A stretch of DNA of 64,000 nt from Pelomyxa schiedti. Lineage: Eukaryota; Protista; Evosea. The notes beneath the pieces are model-generated. The model was not told the origin of the DNA, searched no databases, and saw only the letters and a program-made list of their open reading frames with translations. The position numbers and the translations under genes were made by a program. Below are positions 24,756-37,664 of the stretch, in pieces (positions within the stretch are counted from its first letter, which is position 1; each line of letters starts with the position of its first letter). The DNA lies in NCBI GenBank assembly GCA_020536535.1, contig JAHLWZ010000406.1:69531-133530 (forward strand), written 5' to 3'.

Positions 24756-25905
24756 ATGACGAGTGCCGACGTGGGGGTTTCTCAGTCCCGCGACAGCGTA
24801 TGTTCCTCAGTTGTTGACTATTGGGTGTCTAACTCACTGACTTGTTTTTTGGGGTACTGTTTTTTTTTTTTTTTTTTTTTCCCCTCGTAGGTGTGGCAGC
24901 TGCCTCAACAAACGAATCAGGTGCCACAACACTTTTCAAATGACGAGGAGGAACGATACAAAGGTTTGCACCCTTTTTTTTTTCCCCCTCCAGTGCTCAC
25001 GTGGGCAATTTTAAGCATTGTTGGGGAAGGAAGAAGAAAACCTCACGGAAGAGGAGAGGGATTTCATGAAACGACACCAAAAGTTCTTTCAAGCTCACTT
25101 GGCACTTACCTTAACATTACATAACAGGTTACTTCGGAACAGAGAGGCAGCACAGTTATTTAGAGCACGGCAGCGGCAGCACTATACTGTGTCTTCCATT
25201 CGTTCATGGCTTTATTTGTTCTTATTAAATCAGGAACTAAAAACTCGTTGTAATGGCTTGGAGTACCTTACAGCGAGCATGAGAGAAAAAATATCTGAAA
25301 AAGAGTCCGAAAATATGCAAATAAGAGATCAATTAGCGTACCTCCGGCAATTTATTAAAGAAGTACTGCTGCTCTTCAGAAACAAAATTTCTGACTTTTT
25401 TCAGGCTGTTGACTACTCGTGTCAATTCGCTTCCATGTCTTCCTCTGGATTCTCTAACAATTTTGTTCACCAGGCCACAGCCCCTGTTTTCACTGCATCT
25501 GCGGCAGTAAGTGCTGCCGCATTCGTAATGCAGCGACCCACCACATCAGCACATGCACCCACAGTACCCCCACCCATGGCTAACACTCAGTATTCCCTAC
25601 AGCAACCGATATTTGCCCCACCGCCACACCCAACCCCACAATACACACCCACAAACTACCCTCCCTCTCAAGCTCCGCAAACCTACACCGCAACAACAGG
25701 GGCAACAGGCACCTCCCAAATATACAACCCACAACCAGCACCAACCTACCCCCCGCAAACCCCACCCTCTGCACAATATCCTGACTACAATTCTAGCCAA
25801 ACCCAACACCAGCCCCTACCCCTACTTCAACAACAAAGCTACAGCAACACCTCACCTACTTTCGGCTCACCGTTACTAATGCCTGCTCTCAACACCAACA
25901 TATGA
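24756..25905 (+). CDS. bZIP transcription factor
   Basis: Basic region KRHQK-LLRNREAAQLFRARQRQ, then heptad leucines (ELKTRCNGLEYLTASMREK..IRDQLAYL) and a P/Q/T-rich tail. Confidence 0.88.
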
Positions 25906-26178
25906 CCCATGCCTTAACTCTCTCCACATTCATTCTCAATCCTCTTTTCTGTGTATCCTGTTGTAATCCTTGTAAAAAAAAAAAAAAAGCAAAACAGCAA
26001 AGCCTGTCACATTGTGAGAAATTTCTGTTTTTTTCTAACTGGCTTGCTTTTCCAACCGAAAAGCCCTTCGTGACAACAGTTCCCTGCTTTATTGGTTATC
26101 TGGCGTTGAACAACGACGAAGACAAGAAAACGCACAAACAAGAAAAAGAAAAAAAGAAACCGATCAACCAACAGCACA

Positions 26179-27447
26179 ATGGCCACCCGCGAACACTTCA
26201 ACATCGACATCTTCGACACTGCTTCCGATTCCCACGACGATGCTTCGTGCGGCCGTCTGTTGCCGGCGCGACTTACGGCGCGCGACCAGTTCCTCGCTCT
26301 CGCGGCGTCGTCGCTCCCTCGCTGCGGCCGCCGGAGCCCCGCGAGGCACCTATCGCTGGCGTGCGCGCCGATGCTGCGGGCATTATGGGACTGGTGCACG
26401 GCGACCGAGCGCGGCGCCCTGGTCGACGTCACCATGCGCACCGCCCGCGGCGTCGCGTGCGCGCGGCTCGCGATCGGCGTATCCCACGTGCTCGCCAGCC
26501 TCACGTCTGTTGCGGAGAGGCACTCTGTGGAGCCGCTGCAGGGCGCAGTTTCTAAATTGTGGGTGGACCCCGACCGCTACTTGGCGCAGGTTGGGGACTC
26601 GAATCCTACTACTTTCTCGTATAGGCTCAGGGACCGCTTTGGCAGCCCGGAGCGGGACTTGATTGATGCGGCAGTGAGGATGAAGTGCGCCACGTGCGAG
26701 AGATGGTGCGTGGTGTGCGGCTCCGGAGTGGCGGCGATGCAGATAGTCATACTTGCGCTTGCTCCTCAGCTGCGAGAAGCTTGTTGTGCTCTGGGCGGCG
26801 TGGAGCAAACTACAATCACAGTTCCTGCGGTAGATCGCTGGGAACATATTCAGTGCGTCGTTTTTAACAAGTCTAACCCAAACGAAGTCATGCTTGCAAT
26901 AGCCTCAACTAACAGAATGGTAACCAAATCCTCTGTTTTCTCCTTCGTGTTCTTCGATGTGTCACAGACATTTATGGCAAAATGTCTTGTGGAGACACGG
27001 CAGAAAATTGAAGGTGACTTCCCTTCCTTGAAAGTCATCAAATGCGCATTACTTATGAAGCAAAAATCTGGTGAGCCCATGTTGATTGTTCAAGACTGCT
27101 TGTTTCAGGTTTTTAAGATTACTGCCAACCCTGCAAAGGTGGAACTCTTTGCTGAATCAACTGACAGCTTGGTTCAAGTTAGTCACACCTCACTTTTCTG
27201 TATAGGTTACACTTCCCATTACGAGCTATGGGACTGCAATGAAAGACAACAACCACTGCGGATTATTCACTTCAATGGCCCCTACACAAAAATCGAAGGA
27301 GATGCCAGTGGATTACTCCTTATAACACACAAAAACAGCAAGAAAAGGTGTAACAAGGTTGAACTCATCGAGCCAATAACAGGCACTGTTGTTCTACAGC
27401 TAGATGTGGAATACCGCTCCAAAGTACAAATATTCTCCTTCTATTAA
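26179..27447 (+). CDS. Intronless 422-aa hypothetical protein of a lineage-expanded family
   Basis: Uninterrupted ORF. The N-terminal ARDQFLALAASSLPRCG..SPAR..LWDW motif resembles (from recall) an expanded Pelomyxa family, and the C-terminus is beta-strand-rich. Confidence 0.75.
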   Translation: MATREHFNIDIFDTASDSHDDASCGRLLPARLTARDQFLALAASSLPRCGRRSPARHLSLACAPMLRALWDWCTATERGALVDVTMRTARGVACARLAIGVSHVLASLTSVAERHSVEPLQGAVSKLWVDPDRYLAQVGDSNPTTFSYRLRDRFGSPERDLIDAAVRMKCATCERWCVVCGSGVAAMQIVILALAPQLREACCALGGVEQTTITVPAVDRWEHIQCVVFNKSNPNEVMLAIASTNRMVTKSSVFSFVFFDVSQTFMAKCLVETRQKIEGDFPSLKVIKCALLMKQKSGEPMLIVQDCLFQVFKITANPAKVELFAESTDSLVQVSHTSLFCIGYTSHYELWDCNERQQPLRIIHFNGPYTKIEGDASGLLLITHKNSKKRCNKVELIEPITGTVVLQLDVEYRSKVQIFSFY

Positions 27448-27611
27448 CATTCCATTCCATTACAATCACAGTCCCACCCAGCACCCCCAGTGCATCAAAT
27501 GATCACAAATCTGTACCACCAAACATGCACATTCTTCTCACACCACAGCCTACCAAAAACGAAAAACCTCTCCAAAAAGAACAAAAAAAATAATTTCGTG
27601 ATTCATCGCCC

Positions 27612-29353
27612 ATGGGCCAAGGTGGCTCGTCTTCGTCGTCCACACCACCCGTGGTGGACACCCACAACAAGCCGCCCACAGCAACGCCAACGGCAGAAAA
27701 CAGCAGAAGGAGCCGCTGGTGGCTGCTGGGGGGGGGAGGAGGAGCGGCCCGGCAGCAGGAGACGGCAGCGGCAGCGGCAGCGGCAGGGGGAGCGGGGACG
27801 GCGGCGGCGGCCAGGCGGGGGGGCCGCGTGGGGCTGAGGAGGGCGGCGGGCGCGGGCGTGGTTGCGGCCGCGGTCGCCGCCGTGGTCGCCGCGTCCCGCG
27901 CCGCCAAGCGCAGGAGGACGGCGGCGGCCCCGAGGGAGGACGACGCGGACGAGGAGGACGAGCACGACGAGGACGAGCGCGAGCCGGGGAGGGGCGGCCG
28001 CAAGACTGGCGAGGCTGGAGATGGCGGAGAGGAGGAGGAGGATGAGGAGCAACAAACAACGAACCCGGGAAGGCTGGACGAGCTCAACAAGGAGTGCAAG
28101 GCCATATTGGGAGCTGATACTTATGACGGAATGAGGTACACTTACATTTACTCTTGGACCTCGCACTTGCACTTCAAGCAATCTCTTCCCTTATTGAAAC
28201 GAAAAATAAAAAAATGATCAGTGACGGCTGGTATCTTCCTAACTTGAACAAATTGAAGGTGTGAGTTCACCAAGCAACTGTTTGGAGGAGACCTTCTTGT
28301 GACACATCTCTTGAATATTAATGGTCGCAGGCCCATTAAGATATGTGGCAATATTGAATATCCTGAGGGTTACATATTTGCCACTCAGTGGACCCCAAGT
28401 ACAGTGAGTAAATTCCCCCTTTTTTTCTTATTTGTTCTATTTTATGTTGACAACTCTTTTTTTTTCCCTTCCAGAGCATATCTATGACTGGAAGAGTAGA
28501 TAATAAAAAGGTAGTGTTTGGCTCTGTGGCCTATTCACCCTTCAAATGGTTACAAGGACGAGTGGCAGCTGAGGTACAACCGTCCTGATCTATCAGTATC
28601 ACCTAAATAAACAATTCAGGCCTACCCAGATGGAAGGCCCACACACTCTTCTGTGGATTTGCACTTGATACGGCCTGCCTCAACTTCTTACCTCAAAGTC
28701 CATACAGGCCGGATGATGTCTATAGGGCATCTCCATGTTGACTTTGAACTTCTGTATTTTTCTCATCAACTAACTTGCTCCCAACAGGCTGTGACTCCCA
28801 GATTGTCAGTTGCTTGTGAAAACCTCTTCTCGGGAAGAAATGCCATTAATGCATTTACTCTAGCATTTAGGTAACTTAGCCAATACCACACTCTGAGCCT
28901 ACAACCTTCTCAGGTATGCTCGGGATTTTGCAACAATGTCTGGCCTCTGGGTACTTAAGCGTGGAGTTGACTTGTCCTACGCCTATCAGCTAACTCCCAC
29001 CATTTCCGCCGCTTCTCAATTAGTGGTATGAACATGAACTGCCTGCTCTTTCAATCAACTCACTCCCCGTTCCACAACCAGGTTAAAAGGAATCCGACCA
29101 GTGGCCGGTATGAAACAACGGCAGTCGCCGGTTGGGAGTACCGATTTGCGGACTCTCTTGTCAAGGTATTTTTGCCACAAATACAAAATACAAAATGTTT
29201 ACAAACGAACAGGGAAAAATAAACAACAAACTGGGATTAACCATGGTGGTGGAGGAACCCCTTGGTGAGACTGTCAAGTTGAACCTGTGTGCTGAAGCGG
29301 ACTTCAGAAGGCACACTTATGGATGGGGAATGGGAATGCAACTCGATAGTTGA
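27612..29353 (+). CDS. TOM40: Mitochondrial/MRO outer membrane import channel Tom40
   Basis: NPGRLDELNKECK..YDGMRCEFTK, MTGRVD, AVTPRLSVACE, TTAVAGWEYRFADSLVKGKIN, VVEEPL and a C-terminal beta-signal YGWGMGMQL. Confidence 0.85.
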
Positions 29354-29446
29354 AAAATAAAACCCAGTGGAACAAAAAAATGTGGGGCTTGCTTATGTTA
29401 CAAAGACAATAAAGGATAGAGTCGCAACTGAATTCCAGCAAAAAAA

Positions 29447-32400
29447 TTAGTCTCCTCCGGATGTAGATAGTCCCTGTTGTGGGCAAGTGTAAGTTTGGTT
29501 GCTGGGCAGAAGGCAGTGGTACTTTATCTTTTTTCATTGCCTCACTCTGGGTGGAGGCATCGATCCTTCTTTGTAGGTACTGTTCAAGTTTGGTTGTTGT
29601 AGCATTGGAAAGAAACATTTCTCCGGACATGGAAGAAATGAGTTGGGAAGCAACTGTTTGTCCACCCAAAGCAAGGGAAATGTTCACTGTTTACAGTTGG
29701 CGAAATATAGAGCATGACAGAAAAAACTTACACAAACGAATGATTGCCCTGAACACACTTTCTTCCTCAAGTTGTACACTGGCTTTTTGTTGTTCAGGAG
29801 AGAGTGAGTTCCAGTCGTTTGTTGTAGATTGAATGTGCTTTGGTAAAGAGGTTCTCAGTATTCTCAGTTCGCCTTGGTGAGTGTTAGAGGTGATAAGACC
29901 CACAATTCTAAGTACAGTAGAGGGCATATTCCCAGAATCGATTATTTTTCCAGAAAAAGTCATGTGAAGCCAGGGGTGTCTTTTTGAGTAGTTAAAGCTC
30001 TGCAAAGAGCAACCGTTGGTACATACATATAGAAATTCTAAGAAATTATTAACTTTGTGGTAGTAAACAGATACAATTCGGATTAACTCGGCTACTGGCC
30101 TAAAGAAGATCAAGGGAAATGAGAGAACTAAGCTGATTACCGAAAATCCATCTTTTCTTTAGAACATGATATTACATTCTTGCAGGTGTCCAGAAGTGTG
30201 GAGAAAGCCCATTCAGAGAGTCCACAGTCGGGGTCCTACTAATATTTTAAGATTAAAAAAAGGTGTCACACTTATTCACCTTTGTAAAGGTAAAGGTGGT
30301 AAGAGTTTTGGTGTAAGTCAATGTCTCATTGAGGGTTATCAATCGACTGAAGTAATCTGCGTCCTCTATTCCCCTTGGCTAAGCATAAGAATTGTGATAC
30401 TATTCAACTCATTCATATTCACTTGGGAGGAATTTTGGCTGATACTACGGTATTAATAATTTCTTGCCACTCTGACATTGTCTTCCCAGTTTCAAAAACT
30501 GGAAGTTTAGGATCGTTCTAACCCATATTAAACACAACCAAAGTGCAACTGTATTACATTGTAATAAGACAACTCGACATTTTTTTTAAGTGCCTCCAGT
30601 ACTACAGGGGTTCTATTTTTATTCTGGAATGTATCAGATAATGTATGAAACGATGCAGAATCTTTTCAAACTGTGAGTTTTGAGGGTGTGGTGGCAAAAA
30701 GAAAGTGAAATTAGAAAAAAAATTACCTTCATGGGAAATTGGTAACATAGGAGGCACAACATAGGTTTCAGAAATTTTACTGTGGAAGATCCCGGAAGTT
30801 AGGAAGGCAAGCTCATAATCTAGAAGTTGTTACAATAATCCACTTTCAGCAGGGCATACCCCCTTGAGAATAACGAAAAACAGATAAATCAAATATATTC
30901 TCCGATTCAAGGTAAAATTGACGATAAAATTGAGGGAAAAAAGTGCTGTCATGGAGTAGCTTTGCAAAGTCCTGGGAGGAGTTAAAGCTAAATACATTCT
31001 TTTAGTGGTACCCTATTTAAGGGATCCTGGTGCTGCAGAAATTTCGCTGTTTCAAAATTTAGCACAGGGGAAGGGTATTTTCTTAATTCTTTTGTCAAAA
31101 AGAAAGAATAGATCCCGTAGATACCTGGCTATTTGGTAGCATTGCCGGTAGTATTGTAAGATTGGAAGGAAAACAAGCATAAAAGCGCTTGTTTGCATTT
31201 AACATATTTGAAATTCAGTTGGGGGTGTACCATTGGATTCTGGTATTTATGGATGGTGCGGGATGTGGCACCGCCGTTGTGGGATCCTTTAAAAAGTTTC
31301 TGTGGTGAAAGATGCAACTAGGCAAATACTTCTTCATAAAAAGCAATATCAAGGACATCCATTGGGTGCAGAGTAAATATGTCTTTAAGTCTACCAATCA
31401 AAGCTGAGCGTATAGCACTTGGTAAAATGGAGGGTATTTTATTTAATACTTCCCCTGTATCTAAATCTATTGTGATAACCTGTTTTACGGTAAGGTAGAA
31501 AAGGCATAGACTTGCTTGCCTCAGGAATGTTTGGTACAGGCTCGTTGCAATCTCTCATTAGTCCCATGATGTAAGGTGTTGGGGCATGCCAGTACTCTCT
31601 CACAGATAAAGGAAGTATAGGGATATATGTATGGCACCACTGGAAGGGATAAATTAATGTCATTATCGTTCCTGAGGCTGTTTGAAAGAACTTTGCATGA
31701 GTGAGGTTAAAGGTCCTTGCAGAGAAAAAATCCTCACCGATTGTAAGGACTGATCTTCTTGACGAGACAAATAAAATGTGACTCTCCACCAGAACCCAGC
31801 TTAACAGGTCCACAACTGTCTCAATACCAATCAAGTCAAAAAGTAACTTGAGATCCATCTGGGTAAAGGTGAAAGGAATGAGTTCTGTACTAAATTCGGT
31901 ACAACACACATCAACATTATCAAAAAAGCACTTGGATGATTTGCAAAGTTCAAGGGTCTTTGTTGGCATTGGGACTTGAATAAGCATTTCTTATGTTGTG
32001 AGAAACGACTCTAAATGATATGTGTTTACCTGGAAGAGGCAAAGGAACGTCATAGAGTATACGCTCTAGTGTTGCCTCCATAGAAGCAGGGGATGCTGGC
32101 AAGGAAGCCTAAGAAGGAAAAATAGAGTACCGTTTAGGAAACACTTATCCAAACCCATTGATATTTTCTATGCAAATGTAGAGAAAATTACCCGATAAAG
32201 TTCTTTAAGACAGTCCTTGAAGAATGGCAGGAAAGAATAATGCGAAAATAGGCACATGCATATCGGAACATAAACCTAGGAAATGGGAGTTACATAAGAG
32301 TAGAAACTCTAGAGTTAGAAACTTCTTGCTGTGAGCTGTCGTCTGAAAAATCGGGTGGTAGATCCAAGTTGCAGCTTTGACACTGCTGATATGACTTTTT

Positions 32401-33309
32401 GAAAAAAAAAAAAAAACAAACAATAAGTGCATTGTGGAAATTTCTGAGAGATACAATCAGGCCATAGACATAAGAGCGCTTCCCTTCTACATTTGTCATT
32501 ACAAAAGTGGTGAATTGAGGTGCCGGTTCTGTTTTTTCCAACTTCAACCCATTTGGGAAACAGAACTGAGGTTTTTAAAAACATTCCAACAAAACATTAG
32601 CTTGACAACAAACCGATAGACAGAGTACCATCCATATGCTTTGAAGGCACTCCGTCACTTTCGCATCCTTGTAATCTGTTTTAGGTACTCTGACGGCCAT
32701 AGTCCCCTCAAACCTTGTTTCCCAGACTTGCCGTTTTGGTGGTAATGTGACCGAAGGCAAAGACGGCGTTGAACTTGAGGTGTTAGAAGGTGACATTTGA
32801 GAAACTGGTAACGATGGTGTAGTTGACACAACAACAGCACTGGAAAGAGGAGTCACAGGTACTCCACCAGCAGAAAACGCTCCAACTGAAGCGGATCTCT
32901 GGTGACGTGTAGTAGCTGCCCCTCTTGGCGGCTTCGAAGTCACTGTGAGCGGTATCACAGGCGGAGGGTGCTGGCCCGGGACCTGTGGGGGCGAAGTTAC
33001 CCCCGACAGAGGCGGAGTCTGTGGCAAAACCACCGGCGACACTGGCGGCGTTACTGAGGCTCTTAGAGGAACGCCCACAAACGGCCGCGGCGAAGTAGGT
33101 GGAGGTGTGGAAGTGCCCGTAGCACTCGGTGGTTGCGGTAGATCGAGAAGATCTTTGGCAGGAAGTGGCTGCGGAGGAAACGCGATGTTGGGGAAATTCT
33201 CCTCCCACTCTTTGTGGATCTTGGCCGGCCTTGCGATGCTCACAATTACGAAGTAATCCACAAGTCTATTCGGTAACGCCGTCACACGAGCACCCCGTTT
33301 ACCCTCCAT
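29447..33309 (-). CDS. DENN-domain Rab GEF (uDENN-DENN-dDENN, SBF2/MADD-like tail)
   Basis: RLVDYFVIV, MFCFPNG, FTTFVMTNVEGKRSYVYGL, LVESHILFVS, LIYPFQWCHTYIPILP..APTPYIMGL and VITIDLD. Confidence 0.88.
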
Positions 33310-33907
33310 CACATCCACCTCTTCGATTTTTTTTGATTTGTGGTTTTCTGCGACTTTCGGATACAAACACAAAAAGAAAAAAAAAACAAAATGGTGTCAA
33401 CTTCAGAGAGGTAAGGGTGACATGTGTCAAGTGATTCCGCGGCAATTTAATTAAACGAAAACAATGTGGCTGTCACAACTCAAATTGCAAAACAAATCAC
33501 GACAAGTAACTTCGTGTGGGCAGAGTGATCAAGGGTCTGGTGCGAAAGTCAGTGAGTGACTGGTGCACTACAAATGGTCAAATATGTGATCACAAACTTG
33601 TGCAGGTGGCGTGCTTTTTTTAATTCCTTATGTTGACTTGTTCTTTTTTTTTTTTGTTTGTTTGGGTGTAGTTTATAGCTGATCCTATTACAACATCTCT
33701 GGGTATCCTTTAACAACTTGCATTTCCCTATCTCATTATGCTTAGTTGTTGAAAATCTCATCAGCAGAGTGGAGGCAGATGGCGCTCAAAATTCTGCTCT
33801 CCTAAGTAACTTCTTAAACCTATTGAAGTTATCTCTACCCAAGTATTCTTTTTTTCTCTTGTCCACAAGTCAGAGTAGAGCAGAGTTTGATACGATATAG
33901 GTACCCA

Positions 33908-36900
33908 ATGAAACCTGAAACACTTATAGCTATTGACCAATTCTGTATAAAAATGGCTGTCACCACTCCTGCTGCCTCAAAAGTTTGCACTTCACTTCAC
34001 TTTTAGACACTCTACTAATGACAACAAGTCCTTCTTTTACTTGAGGCATGTGGTGTCAAGTATTCTTGGAACTGTAAGGCCCTCTAGTGCTCCAAAGTCA
34101 ACAAATACACGTATAATAATAAAAAGCTTACCAAAGTAATCATGATTTGCATTAGAGACAACTGCAGCTGCACCAGCTACTCCTGCGACTCCTGCGTCCA
34201 ATCTCAGTGCTACAACTGCAACTTCCTCGCCATCACCATCATATGAATCCCATGCTGGGAGAAGACGTCAAAAGAAAGTATCAACAAAACGTGAAGGCCT
34301 TCCCGGAGTTGGTGCATTGTCTGCCCACGATAGTGGTACGATAATAATCTCCGACATGCTCCTACATAGGGTAGGTGAATGTATGTTTTCAATACTTTCA
34401 GAATCCATGTTCAGTTCTTTTCAGTAGAACCTGGGGGATTCCCAGATTTGGGACTGACACTCTTTGCAAATTGTCAGTTTGGCATAACAACCACCAAGTC
34501 CAAAAGACGATGTACATGTCTATTTTCACACCCCTTTTGGTTCTAACATAACTTGCAAGTGGAATCCTCTAATATACTCGCATGCAATGAAAGTGCCTCT
34601 GCAGACCCTTTTGCCATGGTTTGCAAGTCAATGAAAACGTAATCTCTCTGCCCCCCCCCCTCCCCCCCCTTTTTTTGTTTTTTGTTTTTTGTTTTTGCTC
34701 AAATTTGACTTCAAGAGAAGAAGCTACCCAAATTGCCAATCGCTCAATACGGCGCCGCCGTGCCCAACTATTCAACTATAAATGTTACAATGAACAAACA
34801 GAGTTGGATCTAAGTGGACAACAAGTCCAAATTGTGGTTGCTGCAATTATGGAACCACCTATTGATGAGCCAACTCGCGAATTGCGCCTCATGGCCACAA
34901 AGATTCTTATAAAGGTCCATATTCACTCTTTTTTTTTATAATGCTCATGGAATCTAGCTTCTTGCCGATATCTATTGTCGGAGGCCATCAGGTACTGAAG
35001 CTCATACAGTGCTATTGAATTTGCTGTACCAAATGCTCGAGGCATCTCATTTGGACACCAAAATTCACGCGTTCAACTTGCTGTTTAATCTCAGCGTACA
35101 CATGCACATGGTTACACATGTTTCTATATTATTGGAAGATAACAATCGTATGCATACTTCTCCTCTTGAGTAACTTCAAAATTACCCCCTTTTTAGCAAG
35201 ATCCAGTCAAATTGATGAAATCCAAGAAGACTTATTCAAACTACTTACAGAGGTTTTTCCTCTAAAAGAGGGCAGGACCCTGAGTAATGTTTTTTTTCCT
35301 GATAGATGTTAAACTGGATGGTGGACCGAGAAACTTCATTTGACCCAAAGGTCTGGGAAATGGCCTTGAATTGCACCATATTCTTCATTACTCACGTTGG
35401 CCATATCATCAAATCTAAGTAGACCGTTCAAGTCTTGCTACCGATTCAATTGCTTACATAATATATAAGGTTGATGATGCTTTCCCCACGTGTAGTGGCT
35501 GCCTTCCTCCGGTATTGCGACCGAATGAGCAATGACACCCACAGAAAGGTTATTCATATGCTAATAAACCGAATGTATGGCCTTCTTGGAGAATTACACA
35601 CTAAAAAGTTTTGAAAAGATATACCCCTCAGGCACTACTGAACCGCAAGTTACTCCAAGAATGCTTCAATGGCATAGAATTCATCATCAGCCAATACATT
35701 AATACACCCTCTATCGAGGACAGGAACAACTTGTTCCTCATTTTATTTGATTATGCTGCTCATGCTGCTGATCTCTCGTCGACGGATCCAGATGTTTGGC
35801 ATCCCTTATTCTTGTGCACTTAAAAAAACCCAACAAATAGGTGAAATTACTTCTGGAGACCCTAGTAAAAATGAATGCCCCTTTTTACTTCCCACAATTG
35901 TTCAAGGTCTCCTTTCCAAAAAAAAAAAAAAAATTCTAAAACACTTTAGTATGCGTCTGCCAGCTTCGTTTCCTCTGTTCTAAGTTCTTTACCTGCTGAC
36001 TGTAATACCACATTACGGCAGAACTGCGAAGCAATTCTGTCTCAATTCTGCAAAATGTCCACTGACTTTTATAAAGTACTAGTTTTCTATAGAAAGTGGC
36101 TTTTTACTATTGTTAGATCGACCAACAATATGAGGCCAATGTTTCTAATATGATTTCAAGAGAATTGCAGGAGCACATTCATCAATTAGTTGAGTTACTC
36201 AAATCATCCAAAGAAAAATCAAGGAGGAATGGTGAGGTATACAAAGTTAGCCGTGATTTCTCAAAAAAAACCGATTCTATCAGGCATGGCTATTTCGTCT
36301 TATGTGTGCAGCACAAGAAACCACTGAAACTAAGAAATCAGCAGCCAATTCATCGAATTCCAGTCCCACTACACCTCCCGCAGTTACACCTACTGTATCG
36401 TCACTTCCTACTATAGTGGAAAGTGTTACACAGCAGTTGCTTTCTTTACACAATTCAGAAGTCATACACTCATACCTCATAGTAACCCAACGACTACTTG
36501 TTTACATGAAGAGTAAGGTAAGAGTACACAACAAATTCAAAACGCACTGAAAGTATCATACAGTTCCAAACATTTGGTGACACCGGCCGCCTCTCATCCC
36601 TCCTCCAACTTTTAAATAAGAATCTTGCTAGTGTTTGCAGTACCAATGACCAAACTGAAAAGAACTTGCTTCTCATGTTTGATATTGTTTTTGAGACTAT
36701 TACAATCAGAACAGGTCATACTCTTTTTTTCTACTTACATCTGAGTCATTCCCTCATTCCATTTGTAGACATCGCTGAAGGTGGCTCCGCCCCCCCCTTT
36801 CCGACCTCTGGTTTAAATATGATACCAATTGGGGACTCTATCTACACGCGATTTTTAAGGGGGAGAATAGCTGCATCATTGGCCTTACTTGACGAAATAA

Positions 36901-37387
36901 ATATAAGTATGGCCCCTTCTTGTAAAAAAACCTTCCTAAAAACTGTAAGCACCTTTGGAACAGGTAGCGAGACACCTTCGGCACCAAAACTATGTAGAAG
37001 TTCGAGCAATTGCCGTTAAGTTGTTAGCGGAGAGATGTAAAAGACTCAATGGGAAAAAGTTGCTTGAATCACTTGGAGGTAAGAGCTATTCATCTGTATG
37101 AAGACTGAATCTTGCACCACTAGGTACTGTGTTCTTCATTAACTTCGTGTCGGATACGAACCCCATTGTTGCCTAGTGAGTGCCACACATTCCCTTCTAA
37201 CTCGCTGATACCCCCAAACAGTTATGCAAGCCAATTCCTTGTTGATCACATAGGGCACGAGCAACCCGAAGACTACCGCGTTTTCATGACAAGGATGTTG
37301 GCCAAAGCACGACTCACCAATGACGAGAACCTTGTCTCCAATCCCTATTATCAAATGAAAGCCATTATGAGCGGCCAGAACGGCTGA
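33908..37387 (+). CDS. Conserved helical protein similar to plant/algal CLoG1 (At3g12590-like)
   Basis: REEATQIAN, LLYQMLEAS..KIHAFNLLFNLSVH and the C-terminus VAYYASQFL..EQPEDYR..MLAKARLTNDENLVSNPYYQM match recalled family motifs. Confidence 0.65.
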
Positions 37388-37664
37388 TTACCACCTGGTA
37401 CCGTTCCCTTCACCTTCAAAGCTGTAGTTTTGTTTCATACACTAACACAAAGCACCCTTTTGTTTTGACCTGAAACACCGCAACTTCTCTAACGTAACCC
37501 CCGAACCCACAATAACCAACCAAACAAAGCACACCACGCAAGACCCGATCTGTCTCTGAGACGATAATCAACTGTCCGTTCCTCTCCCAAGGAGACGTAG
37601 TGATCGAAAAAACGAAAGAAGGAGAAAAACAAATAAAAAAAAGGAAAATAAAAAAAGAGAGGAG

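Noticed and set aside
37150-37221. Apparent CG donor in the CLoG1-like gene
   Set aside because: A canonical GTGAGT donor gives the better reading DTNPIVAY|YASQ.
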